A DNA stretch of 37,893 bases from the IMG/VR virus record IMGVR_UViG_3300003690_003362. One strand, 5' to 3'. The notes beneath the pieces were generated by a model. It did no database searches. It was not told the DNA's origin and saw only the letters and a list, made by a program, of their open reading frames with translations. Positions 1 through 10,100 of this stretch are shown here, piece after piece (position 1 is the first letter of the stretch; every line of letters starts with the position of its first letter). Made by a program: the position numbers and the translations under genes. The DNA comes from an uncultured virus (IMG/VR IMGVR_UViG_3300003690_003362) (lineage: Duplodnaviria > Heunggongvirae > Uroviricota > Caudoviricetes).

Positions 1-795
1 ACTTCCATAAAAAATTGAAGGTATACTAATAAGATTAAGCTCCTGATATCCTTTATCCCAGTTGCCAGAAGAAGAAAATTGATAATGTTTGCTTAAATGC
101 GTATAACTATTTAATGTCTCCTTTAATCCAACAATGTGTGGTTTTAATAATTTTGGTGCATCATCTATGGTTTTTTCACTATCAATAACTTTTACAGGAT
201 CATTGAGTACTATGTTAATCTGAGAAGCGGGCTCCATGGGCACTGGTTCAGATGGAAACCCTTCTTCAAAAAACTCTCTTACTATAGTTGCCGACAATGG
301 GTATGAACCAGTAAGAATATCTCCATATTTAAAGTCTTCATTAAACTCTTTAGTTGTAATTGTTTTAAAAGAAGCAAAACTGCCTTTTTTTGTTATAAAA
401 GGATATATTAAATTTGTAGATTGATCTAATCCTAATTTATTTAATTTTTTTATATTTTCAGCTGCTGATGCATCACGATCTATGTTTAATTCATATAAGC
501 TTATATATCCATCGGGTACATGTTTAACGAGGTTCTCACCCGGAGTTATTGTTAATGTTGCACCATCTTCAACAATTATTGAACTCACATCATATATCGG
601 ACCCTCTAATTCTAGACTTTGTGGCGACGGTAAAGTAACTGTCGCATCTATAACTGTGGAGGTCGCTGTTCCTTCTAGTGAATATTCATTGCCATAGTAA
701 ATATTTCCGCTGTAAATATAAAATTCACAACTTGGATGAGTTTTTATTTGATTGACAAAAACATCATCTTCATTAAATTTAAAATAACAAGACAT
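1..795 (-). CDS. Putative baseplate/tail structural protein, 3'-truncated by the window edge (not in ORF track)
   Basis: ATG at 795 and an open frame to base 1: MSCYFKFNEDDVFVNQIKTHPSCEFYIY...ELNLISIPSIFYGS. Starts 14 nt after the upstream stop, inside the structural operon. Confidence 0.8.
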   Translation of the reverse strand, partial: MSCYFKFNEDDVFVNQIKTHPSCEFYIYSGNIYYGNEYSLEGTATSTVIDATVTLPSPQSLELEGPIYDVSSIIVEDGATLTITPGENLVKHVPDGYISLYELNIDRDASAAENIKKLNKLGLDQSTNLIYPFITKKGSFASFKTITTKEFNEDFKYGDILTGSYPLSATIVREFFEEGFPSEPVPMEPASQINIVLNDPVKVIDSEKTIDDAPKLLKPHIVGLKETLNSYTHLSKHYQFSSSGNWDKGYQELNLISIPSIFYGS

Positions 796-809
796 ATTAT
801 TTCCAGATC

Positions 810-2411
810 CTAATAATCTAGTCTAACACGAAATGTCACTTCATTTTCAGGAGTTTTTTTAATGGGCTCTGAAAGTTTTGCAACGGCCACTAGGCGCTTT
901 CTTGCATCATAGAGACCAATAGAAGTGACATATGTAACTGGCGAATCGACTGATACGTCTTTTACTTGAATCTTACTTCCACTAACATATGTTGGATTAG
1001 AGCTATAATTAAACTCATTATGATTTGTTCTACAAAAATAGACAGTTGAATTTAATTCTGTCGTATTATTAAAGGAAATATTATAAATTCGATTGCGAAG
1101 CGAATTTGCGCATGTTTCAATATTAGATCCAGTAAGAAGATCAGACATAGTTTCTAGATATTCGTTTGAAGTGTCCCCGGCCGGTAACATGTCGACTCCT
1201 GATCCAAGTCCAAGTATTGATTTGGGTGTGACAGCTCCGCCGACAAAAGTAGATTCAAGTAGAAGCGCGCTTTCGAACCCGGTACTCGCTGCGAGGACGC
1301 TTGCCACGTTTCCTGCCGGGCCGTGCGCAGTTATGGTTAAAGTGATCTTGGTGGTTTCTCCGGTGGAGAGCGCGGCCGTGAGGCCAAGTGTTCCAGCCGT
1401 GAGAACTGAATTGACAGCATTGGTTGCATAGCCTACCGCAGCGTTGGCGGTTCCATTTATGGCGTTGATAATCGCAGTGGCTTGCTTGGCGGCTGTATTT
1501 GCAACATCTATGGCAACTCCCCAATTGTTGGCGTTAGAGAGGGCATTGACCGCATTCGCGTCGGCTACGAAGGTGAGTTGGTGGGCGGTTGCATCACCGC
1601 CTGCCGCGGCGGGAACTGTCATTGTAAACGCATCATTTTCCGCAACACCTGTGGTATCAATCGCGTCGGCTAATGTTGCTTGAGCATCGGATGTAAGTAC
1701 CGATCCGCTAAGAACAGCAATACCTGCTTGATAATAAACTAATCCACATGGAATTTGATTAAGTCCATCGTTTGCCATTGTTAAACTAGCACTTAAAACA
1801 TTTGTTCCTGCGCTAGCTGTTGCAAAAAGGACTCCATATTCACCTGCGGGTGAATTAAGTTTATATCCGTCTGAACCACTAGCATCTGTAATTTTTATTC
1901 TTTCTGCAAAGTTATTGTCTCCATAGGTGCCCGTAACAGATGCCCCCAACTCTAGTGAAAAAGAGCCCTTCTTAATTTCATCTTTAGTCAAAAGCCTAGA
2001 AAAATTAATAAAATAGCACTCTTGTATTTTTGCTCCACCGGTTAAGTCACCATCTTCATCAAATTCACGAATAGTTCCATCTGCATTGTGACCGGCTAAT
2101 ACTTGTGCCATTTGATTATAAATATTGATTTTCTTTGCTTGCTGAGTTCCTGGCGTAGACGCAGAAAGCGCTGAATTTGAACTAAAGCCACAAGTAATAT
2201 CAAAAATGTGATTTGCTGAAGAACTTAAATAGGGATAATCATATACAGATTGAAACATTCCGTGTGAATAATTTTTTACATTTTCATCTGCATTGCTTAC
2301 CAAATATGTTCCAGATACAAGAGATCCAGTTATTGGAATCGCCTCATGAAGCAAGTCCTTTTTTGTTACTTTATCGTTTGGTTGTAACGTTTTATAAATT
2401 TTTCCGCCCAT
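810..2411 (-). CDS. Baseplate/tail-fibre-anchor-like structural protein (533 aa) with an inserted Ala/Thr-rich domain
   Basis: SD AAGAGG upstream. The C-terminus YVTSIGLYDARKRLVAVAKLSEPIKK...FRVRLDY resembles the 'IxEIGLYD..G.LIAVA' motif of P2 gpH/DUF3751-type fibre anchors. Confidence 0.65.
   Translation of the reverse strand: MGGKIYKTLQPNDKVTKKDLLHEAIPITGSLVSGTYLVSNADENVKNYSHGMFQSVYDYPYLSSSANHIFDITCGFSSNSALSASTPGTQQAKKINIYNQMAQVLAGHNADGTIREFDEDGDLTGGAKIQECYFINFSRLLTKDEIKKGSFSLELGASVTGTYGDNNFAERIKITDASGSDGYKLNSPAGEYGVLFATASAGTNVLSASLTMANDGLNQIPCGLVYYQAGIAVLSGSVLTSDAQATLADAIDTTGVAENDAFTMTVPAAAGGDATAHQLTFVADANAVNALSNANNWGVAIDVANTAAKQATAIINAINGTANAAVGYATNAVNSVLTAGTLGLTAALSTGETTKITLTITAHGPAGNVASVLAASTGFESALLLESTFVGGAVTPKSILGLGSGVDMLPAGDTSNEYLETMSDLLTGSNIETCANSLRNRIYNISFNNTTELNSTVYFCRTNHNEFNYSSNPTYVSGSKIQVKDVSVDSPVTYVTSIGLYDARKRLVAVAKLSEPIKKTPENEVTFRVRLDY
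1236..1679 (-). repeat. Copy 1 of dispersed in-frame domain cassette (148 codons, ATLADAIDTTG...STFVGG)
   Basis: Aligns with 21264-21695 at protein and DNA level; GC-rich relative to its flanks. Confidence 0.95.
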
Positions 2412-2431
2412 TTTTATACCTCTTTTTTACT

Positions 2432-3493
2432 TTAAGATGTTATTTTTTCTTGACAACCAGTACACTTGTAAAATCGAATAGGAATGTCTACACTAATCCC
2501 GGTTGTTACGCCAGAAACTCTGACATTTGTATCAATATATAATAGTTCTCCAGCTGCTGCCCTAGTACTTAAATTATTTGCAGAAGGGCTTTGACCAGAA
2601 GTTAAGTTTGTATTTGTTGTAGTAAAAGTGCCTGGTGTCGTACCTACTTTAGTAAATAGGAAATTGCTTGTTTGTAGTTCAACAGAAGCGCGAATGCGAA
2701 AGTTCAATTCATTGCCGCGAGGGCCTCTAATTATTGGCGATCCAGCTTTTGCTGAATCTTCAACATTGTTAACAGGCTTAACAAGATCTCCTCCCTTCCC
2801 AGAGTTAACTCTGTATACTGCAATTAAATCATCGTCTATATAAGATACTGGCACTTGAGTATCTGATAGGGAAACTACATGTCCTAAGCGGCTATCAAGT
2901 TCAATATCAAATTGAGTCTCTATCAATTCGGGTGCTAAATTTGCTAAATTGTTCTTGGGACTTATTTCAATAGTATCTAAGCCTTGTTGCACTTTAATAT
3001 AAGAATTTGTAGCAGCATTAGAGCCGCCAATGCTTGAGCCCATTACCGCTTTTACATCTGTAACTGCAAAAGCAGTAGTTGTAACTTTATCTACAGCAAC
3101 AACGAACATTCCATCGACTGGTGTGCCTTGCCAAGTTTGCCATTGGTCAGAGGGGGCGCCTTTTATATTTCCAGTGGTTGGGTCAGTTCCGTCATTAACC
3201 AACAAAACTGGTAGGTGGAGCAGATTATTAGATGCATAAGTAACTAATTTGGATTTCATGGAAGACATATTATTTGTAAAAGCTTCTAATATAGGAGTTT
3301 GAAGAATTTCTAAATCATAATATTCAGTGCCGCCAGTGTGTGCGGTGTTATAAAGACCATAATCAATTTCGTCATCCCCTAAGCTGAAATGGGTAATTTT
3401 AAAACTGCCATCTCCTTTTGCCATTTGTTGCCTTCCAGTGTCTGTTAACACTGCGTCTAAAATAATATCTCCGCTATTATCAAGAAAAGCCAT
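2432..3493 (-). CDS. Phage structural protein (353 aa) with a fibre-anchor-like N-terminus
   Basis: SD AAGGAG. N-terminus MAFLDNSGDIILDAVLTDTGRQQMAKGDGSFKITHFSLGDDEIDY has the 'LT..G...la.....i...a.GD' pattern and is paralogous to the N-terminus of 10217-11584. Confidence 0.65.
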   Translation of the reverse strand: MAFLDNSGDIILDAVLTDTGRQQMAKGDGSFKITHFSLGDDEIDYGLYNTAHTGGTEYYDLEILQTPILEAFTNNMSSMKSKLVTYASNNLLHLPVLLVNDGTDPTTGNIKGAPSDQWQTWQGTPVDGMFVVAVDKVTTTAFAVTDVKAVMGSSIGGSNAATNSYIKVQQGLDTIEISPKNNLANLAPELIETQFDIELDSRLGHVVSLSDTQVPVSYIDDDLIAVYRVNSGKGGDLVKPVNNVEDSAKAGSPIIRGPRGNELNFRIRASVELQTSNFLFTKVGTTPGTFTTTNTNLTSGQSPSANNLSTRAAAGELLYIDTNVRVSGVTTGISVDIPIRFYKCTGCQEKITS

Positions 3494-3516
3494 ATTTTAC
3501 TCCTTATTTACTCTTT

Positions 3517-3546
3517 AATAATTAGTATTTACTATTAATAAATACT
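3517..3546 (-). promoter_or_regulatory. Candidate late promoter/operator: perfect 8-bp inverted repeat AGTATTTA-N7-TAAATACT plus ACTAATTA
   Basis: Inverted-repeat arms at 3524-3531 and 3539-3546, in an 81-nt intergenic gap (unusually long for this operon) just upstream of the SD of 2432-3493. Confidence 0.4.
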
Positions 3547-3574
3547 TTTTTTGTTTTTGTTTCATTTGTATTCC

Positions 3575-6508
3575 TTATTCCTTGGGTTTCACATAGGCTC
3601 CAGGTGGGGCCCCTTCATCTTTAGGCCTTGCCTTCGTATACGTGTATTGCATACCAGGATCGTCTTTGGATTTCACATCGGCTATATATTTTGCACCTTC
3701 ATCTTTAGGCCTTTCCTTCGTCTCCGTGTCTTGCCTACCAGGATCGCCTTTGGATTTCACACCCGAAGGGTCAAAGGGTGCACGGACGCCGGTTGAAGAT
3801 GCTGCTGCGGATGTAGGAATTTTTACAACACATTTATCAACTTCTTTATCTGTCCACCTTTTAAGTATTTCTTTAATGGGTAAAGTCGGAACCTCACTAG
3901 GAGCTGCAACACCTTCTTTATTTTCTTGAGGTCTAGTGGGTATATTCTCATATTCATAACATGGTTTTGCCCCGGCGATTGCTTGAATCCATTTTAAATA
4001 AGGCGAAGGATTAACATCATGATCATGAATAAAATTAACATTTAAATCAAACTTTCTACAAGAAGATTTACTAGTAAATCTAATTTTAAATTTTGTAGGC
4101 CTACTTTCCGTTCCAAATATACTGCCAAATTCCGGATTTGCACCGTGAGCAGTGGTGGCGTTTTTATCAACTTTTAATACACTTTGTTTAAAAGTAGGCA
4201 CTATATGTACATATTTTCTCCCTGATGTTTCTTTCGTCTTGGGGAAAAATGGTACAAGATCAACTGTTTTGATTATAGGATATGACGCACCACCGTCATG
4301 TATCATTTCTACTTGATAAATATATGTTGGATTAGAAACATATCCATTGTGATCAACAGATCTAAAAAGATAATAATATTTTTTATTTGGTATAATATTA
4401 TCAACAAAAGAATCATCACCTTCGGGTAATTCTCTAAAACCTTTTGCAAAATCTGAATAACTGTTAGGATGCTTATCAATTCTAAATATTTGATATTTGG
4501 TAACTTTGCTATCTGCGCTAAAATGTATTGTATCGGGAAGAGTCTCTGCAAATTTTTCTACACTTGCAGAACGATAGGCCTTTAAAAAGAGTTCTTTATC
4601 TTCGGCACGAATAAGAATTGGTTTAGCATCATAATTTCCAACAGTTTCGCTTAACCAGAATAATAACTTATTATTTACATTTTTATAAGGACTTATTTCA
4701 ACAAAGGGTTCTGTTGGTGGGGCATCTGCAACATGAATTGTTGCAAAACTAGTATAAGGTACTTTTACTAATCGTATTGTTGGCCTATTTATGGCTGTTA
4801 TTAAACCAATTGGCTTTTCTCCAAATGGTTCAACATCTATCTGTGTTGCCCAATTTCCCAGTGTCGATTTAAATTGATCATAAGCTAATGGTAGATCCTT
4901 TACGCTATTATATTTATAATCATTTCCAACAACTAAAACATAAGCATATGCTTCATAAGTGTAGCTTTTATCATATTTTAATTGCGTGTCAATGAAATTG
5001 ATAAAATTGTTTTCAAACGGAGCGGCTATAAAAAACTCTCCTGCAGGAACGCTGATTTGTTCATCCATTTCCAGCCATCTTTTTTTCTCTATCCCGTAAA
5101 AAACAGGTTCTGCATATGCTAAATCTCCATTTAATAGATCAGCTATACAACGTGGGCCATGGCCTAAGCTTGGATTATTCAACTTAAGGCTCGTCAGCAT
5201 GGTAATAAGAACCATAGCCAATATTGTTTCATTGACATTATAGCCCTCCATCATCTGTGTGTCTTGATTCCCCGGTGGTGGATCAATTACTAAGCCGTTT
5301 TTAATATCTAAGCTATAAGCTATATTTTCTAATTCTTCTGTAGTGATAGAGGAAGCCAACTCAAAAATCTTATTGACTCCAGGCATTAACAAGTTATCAA
5401 GATACCATGTAGGTAATTTTTTTAAAGATGTGGCTTCTGACTTTTTAATATAAAAAGCATCTTTCTTAGCAATATCAAGAACATCTCCTTCTGGGAGGAA
5501 ATCACCATTAGGATCCACTGTTTTTCCGGAAGAATGTATATAATCAATAGCCCATCTCATAAACCACTGTGTTAAATATTCAGAAAATTCTAATTTATGT
5601 CCCGTTTGTTGACCAAGTTCGTCAAAAGGCTTGACGCCGGTTTTTGGATTTTTTATTCTAGCAACAAGAGAGTCTTCTTGTATGGGATTTGTATAAAAAC
5701 CCAATTCCGCGGCCCATGGAAATACATGTTCTTGAGATGTATACTTGTTTAAATATTTTAACGATGGAAATGCCTGTTTGAGAGTTTTTGTAATATTTTC
5801 TTGTGTAGGAGTGTGACTATCGTTCACGCTATGGAGCCATGCATTAAAATATGGCTCTAGAGCAGGATCCATGGGTGGATGAAAATAAGGGCTATTTCCC
5901 ATAGAAAATATATTTCCATAAACGAGTGTATAATCAAAATGATCTACATGAGAAAACATAAACCTTTCCGGATCTTCTATGTTCAAAGTTAAAAGATGTA
6001 AATTAGGCAATAAGCTCTCAGGTACTTTTGCTGCTGCTTCCGCATAACACTTTTCATACCAATTGAAAGACATTTTTATTTTTGGAGCATAATCTGGTCT
6101 TCTTAACTTAAATGAGTTATCAAATAAAGATTTACCTCCATTCGTCCTTGTCATATTAATTCCAGAAATAATTGTTCCTTCTCTATAAAAACTAGGAATA
6201 TCAAATGCAAATTCTTGAGCTTTAAAAAAACTTTTTAATTTCTTTTGTTGTTCATCGACAAAAGAAACTGCTTCTACTTGAGTTCCACTTGGGCTTTTCA
6301 AAGCGAGGTCAAATTGGGTTGATAAGAGTTTATTATTTGCAAATAACCACATAAAATTTACATATACTGGCTCATTTATTTCATTATATATATGCGGATT
6401 CTGGATTGGATCCATTTCTTGCCATGAAAAAGTAGGGGTTATTTGCGGTTTGGTTCCGTCTGCGTCTGTATATGAATGTACATGTGGAGGATTTCCAGCT
6501 GGCATCAT
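3575..6508 (-). CDS. Large virion-associated protein (977 aa or more) with fibronectin-III-like segments; may be the 3' part of a frameshifted gene starting at 7110
   Basis: FN3-like motifs NFIDTQLKYDKSYTYEAYAY and YQIFRI...SFVDNIIPNKKYYYLFRSVDHNGYVSNPT. The frame stays open upstream of the ATG to 6589. Confidence 0.7.
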   Translation of the reverse strand: MMPAGNPPHVHSYTDADGTKPQITPTFSWQEMDPIQNPHIYNEINEPVYVNFMWLFANNKLLSTQFDLALKSPSGTQVEAVSFVDEQQKKLKSFFKAQEFAFDIPSFYREGTIISGINMTRTNGGKSLFDNSFKLRRPDYAPKIKMSFNWYEKCYAEAAAKVPESLLPNLHLLTLNIEDPERFMFSHVDHFDYTLVYGNIFSMGNSPYFHPPMDPALEPYFNAWLHSVNDSHTPTQENITKTLKQAFPSLKYLNKYTSQEHVFPWAAELGFYTNPIQEDSLVARIKNPKTGVKPFDELGQQTGHKLEFSEYLTQWFMRWAIDYIHSSGKTVDPNGDFLPEGDVLDIAKKDAFYIKKSEATSLKKLPTWYLDNLLMPGVNKIFELASSITTEELENIAYSLDIKNGLVIDPPPGNQDTQMMEGYNVNETILAMVLITMLTSLKLNNPSLGHGPRCIADLLNGDLAYAEPVFYGIEKKRWLEMDEQISVPAGEFFIAAPFENNFINFIDTQLKYDKSYTYEAYAYVLVVGNDYKYNSVKDLPLAYDQFKSTLGNWATQIDVEPFGEKPIGLITAINRPTIRLVKVPYTSFATIHVADAPPTEPFVEISPYKNVNNKLLFWLSETVGNYDAKPILIRAEDKELFLKAYRSASVEKFAETLPDTIHFSADSKVTKYQIFRIDKHPNSYSDFAKGFRELPEGDDSFVDNIIPNKKYYYLFRSVDHNGYVSNPTYIYQVEMIHDGGASYPIIKTVDLVPFFPKTKETSGRKYVHIVPTFKQSVLKVDKNATTAHGANPEFGSIFGTESRPTKFKIRFTSKSSCRKFDLNVNFIHDHDVNPSPYLKWIQAIAGAKPCYEYENIPTRPQENKEGVAAPSEVPTLPIKEILKRWTDKEVDKCVVKIPTSAAASSTGVRAPFDPSGVKSKGDPGRQDTETKERPKDEGAKYIADVKSKDDPGMQYTYTKARPKDEGAPPGAYVKPKE
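3612..3761. repeat. 84-nt-period tandem repeat in the C-terminus of 3575-6508 (VKSKxDPGxQxTxTKxRPKDEGA x2, plus a partial third copy)
   Basis: 3612-3677 vs 3696-3761 match at 60/66 nt by hand alignment. Confidence 0.95.
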
Positions 6509-6564
6509 AACACCGTCTATTATTTCGTGAGTATGATGATCAAATAAATCTGTATTTATATATT

Positions 6565-7110
6565 CTAATAATGGGGAACTGGGTGTCCTTCATTAATGTT
6601 TACAATAGCTTTTTGTCCTGAGAGGTTGGTGAGATCTACAGACTCTATCACCGACCACAGAGCCCATATTGAACTTTTATTCCACGCCGTTCTTGTCCAA
6701 TGAGTTGCTAAGAATTGACATTCATCACTAGCAATATTATGATAACCAGTGACACCAGTACCATATGTAAACCATTCGTCCCAATTTGCATTATAGGTGG
6801 TTTCTCCCCACTTAAATGCAGCAGAAGAAGCGACTTTTATTTTAGATTCTTTAAGAAAACCGCCAGTGCTTGAATTTTGTGGAGATGTATTAAAAAAGAA
6901 ATATTGATTACCAAACCAAGGAGCAGTAGATTCATTTTGCACCAATGTCCACGTTCCAAGAAATCGTCTAAATATATCATCAGAATAGGGCTGTCCATAA
7001 ACATAAGTTGAACCTTCGTTTATATATACAGGTGTATTAGGTGGTGTAGTTATCCACGGAACATCTCCAAATAATTTATCAAAAGTATCGACGGTAACAA
7101 CTGAAACCAT
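6565..7110 (-). CDS. Hypothetical Trp-rich protein (181 aa); possibly the N-terminal part of a -1 frameshifted gene continuing into 3575-6508
   Basis: TAATG-coupled to the upstream gene with SD AGAGGAGG; overlaps the open -1 frame over 6565-6589. Confidence 0.7.
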   Translation of the reverse strand: MVSVVTVDTFDKLFGDVPWITTPPNTPVYINEGSTYVYGQPYSDDIFRRFLGTWTLVQNESTAPWFGNQYFFFNTSPQNSSTGGFLKESKIKVASSAAFKWGETTYNANWDEWFTYGTGVTGYHNIASDECQFLATHWTRTAWNKSSIWALWSVIESVDLTNLSGQKAIVNINEGHPVPHY

Positions 7111-10100
7111 TAATAATTTCCTCCTCTATTGGGAGCAACCACATTTCTATTGGGAGCGACCACATTTCTATCAATATTTTTTTCTTCTGTTCTTATAAGT
7201 GCAGTTTGTACTCTTAAAAGTGGATTTTTTTCTAGCCGATCTAACTGAGATCTTGTGGCTATTTGAGGTCTATTTGTGGTTGTGGCGACACTTTTTTTAG
7301 AAACGTCTATCAAAAAACATTCATCTTGTATTGGTATATAATTTAATATTGTATCATCTTTAATAATGCCTGGCATTCCACTATATCCTCTTCGTAATCG
7401 GCAAAGTATATACTGTTTATTATTGTTCATGGCGTCATTCATATGAGATTGAGTTAATCGTTCCCAAATAGGAAGCGACACAAAACCAGATCTAAAACCT
7501 CGAAAAACCTCTACAGTTGTTAGATTCTTATTCATTAAATAGAAAAATGAAAGATTATTTATATTTTCTATTCCATCAGTCCAGTTATTATTTGTTCTTA
7601 TTCCAGCGTCGGCCAAATAAATTGCTTTATATTGATTAGGTAAAAATTTTCTTTTTGCAGTATCTTTAATATTAATTAAACGACACATCATTAAAGATGA
7701 ATCCTGTAAATTTAAATGACTTGTCATTAAAGGAAAAAGTATTTTAGATGCATCAACAGAATTAGTAAAAAGATTACTTATTTTAGTGTCATCTTCTGTT
7801 TCTAGTTCATCATTAGAATTTGATACTTCTGAGTCACTAGGGCTAAGTACATCAGTTTGAAGTATTCTTGTGCCTGATGATATTTTATGAAATTCAGATT
7901 CGTGATCTTCTGTTACTTGGATCCCCAGAAAAGATAATGTATGCGATAAAGCATATTTAGTGTGTGCACCTAAAAGCAATAATTCCTGGTTCGTTTCTGG
8001 TATACAATTTGCGCGGTCTTCAAGCACTGTATCTGTATCATCGGCAGCCCTGTCAGCCGTTTTTGTTCCTGAAGAAAGTCTTTGAAATCCAGAAGTGCTT
8101 GTCCTCTCTGAAAGTTGCACCTTCGAAGTTGCAAAAGTGCCATTTTCTTTATATGAAAGAACATCCATAAGAACATTAAGATAGTCTCCTGGATTTAGTA
8201 AATTAACAGATTTATTATTTACATGTGTAGCCACTTCAAAAGTGGCGCCAGGAAGTTTAATAGAATTAGGCGTTAAAAATGAAAGCTTAGTAAAAGATAA
8301 ATCATCTTGTGAATTTCCGGCAGAAACAGCATTGCTTTGCACAGTTTCTATTGGAAAATATTTTAATGTTTCTCTATCTGCTAAAGAAATATAGTTATTC
8401 ATAGAAAGTGTGCTTAGGCCTGGAGAATCTACTCCAGAGAGAGTCGTATTCAAATAAACATATCCAATATCACCGTTGTTCGTGGCATCAAATGTTTCTG
8501 CAAAAACATGATTAATAATTATGGCACTAGGAGGTCTATTCCCAGAAGCTGTTCTATTCGACTTGAGGAGGCGCGCCTTTCCTGCAATTGTTGCTGAATC
8601 TTTTATAATACCGAACAAAGATGATTTAAGCATACTTATTGTTTTTCTAAGAAAATCAAGCATCTTTTCAACTCCAACTAATGTGCCAGTTTGAGGACAT
8701 ATTAACAAATAAAGTTGTTCTTGTATTCTCTCTGTTTCTATTGTAGAAAATGCGCTTAGTAATTCTACTACAGTTTCAATAGAATATTGCCACGGACCTT
8801 TATTTGATATTGTATAGGGTTGTTGTCTGAAATTAATCTTTTGGCCTCTATTGAGAACATCCTCTAAATCATTATAATATTGCAAGAGATTAACAACACC
8901 ACCTTCTAGTTTCCTAATAATTTGTCCTAACCATGTAATTGTACCATCTTTAAAAGAAATTTCTAAGTCATAAGTGTGAATTCCTTCTTTTTCTTCTTGC
9001 ATAGAATAATCTGTCATCGCAAAGGTTCTTTGAGAAAGATTATGTTGCGCACTATTATCTGGTATATGCAATTTTCCTGTTAATTCAGTAATATATCCAG
9101 TAATTACTTCTTTAGTGTATTCTTCTGTGACGCGATCTATTTCCATAAAACTAGTTGTATTGTTTGCCACTAAAACAAAATCATCAACTTGTTCTGAAGA
9201 AACTATTAGTTTTTTCTTTGCATTAGTCCTGCTTGTTCTGTTAATTTCAATATTAGTTATTCTGCTTAAGCCTAGAGTTTGTTTTGTAATCAGTCTTGGA
9301 AAATAACAATTATCTTTAACCAATTCTTCAAAATTAATTGTAAACCAACCCTTACAATTACCTATATCATCTCTTGTTAAGCACAACGGGGATACATATG
9401 CATTCTTATATTCTGGTATTTTTCTTCTTTCTTTCGGAGATAAATCAATTGTCGATAAATAATCAAATATAGTATAATCGCGCACTGTTGTGTTGGGTAC
9501 CGTATTTCTGTTTAATTTCGGACCCATGCGAGAACGAGGACCGGCCATCCACCCAACATAACCATCTGGAGCAGGATTTTCTGGAGAATGGTAATGTACT
9601 TCACCTTTCCATACACAGATACCTTCTGAAGATTCTATAGATCTTGCGTCTACAGGAGATCCAGTTTCTTCTTGTATTGTATAAACAACGGCTTCTTCAA
9701 CTCTTGTTCCCTTATTAATGACTCTTTCTTTTACTATAGAAGAATTTCGTAGTATAAGATTTTTTGTATATACCTCGCTTTCTTCTAACCCAAAATCATA
9801 ATACGCAACTGCAGCGAAATCTAAGTCTCTGCTTTCTTTATCAATTGGAAAACTCTCTCTAATAATGACAGTATTTGGATCTTGGCCTGGAAAATAACGC
9901 TCAGTGGTACATATTTTTACTTCTGCAGAATTGAGATCGGTATTAAGAAAACGTCCATAATTACGGGCGGCGGCAGCTAAATCTTTATCAAACCTATCGT
10001 TGTCAATATATTTTTGTTTCATTGCAGGATGAGAAAAACGCACAATAGAAACCCTCAATTTGTCTCTTATACTGCTTTTAAGAAAGTTGTCTTTAGCTTC

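Noticed and set aside
1236..1679. Cassette pair as DGR template/variable repeat, or as an intein
   Set aside because: Differences are not adenine-restricted, both copies are coding and no RT is in the window; no intein C/S start or HN end.
1093..1683. Plus-strand ORFs over both cassette copies (also 21271-21876) and the other short + ORFs in the track
   Set aside because: Antisense shadows of Ala/Thr/Gly-rich coding DNA; no SD or recognisable product.
3581..3765. Mini CRISPR array
   Set aside because: Unit is a degenerate in-frame coding repeat with only 18 nt between copies and no cas genes.
6553..6560. Exact T4 late promoter TATAAATA on the minus strand
   Set aside because: Expected by chance in AT-rich DNA and lies in what looks like coding sequence; kept only as an alternative to the frameshift model.
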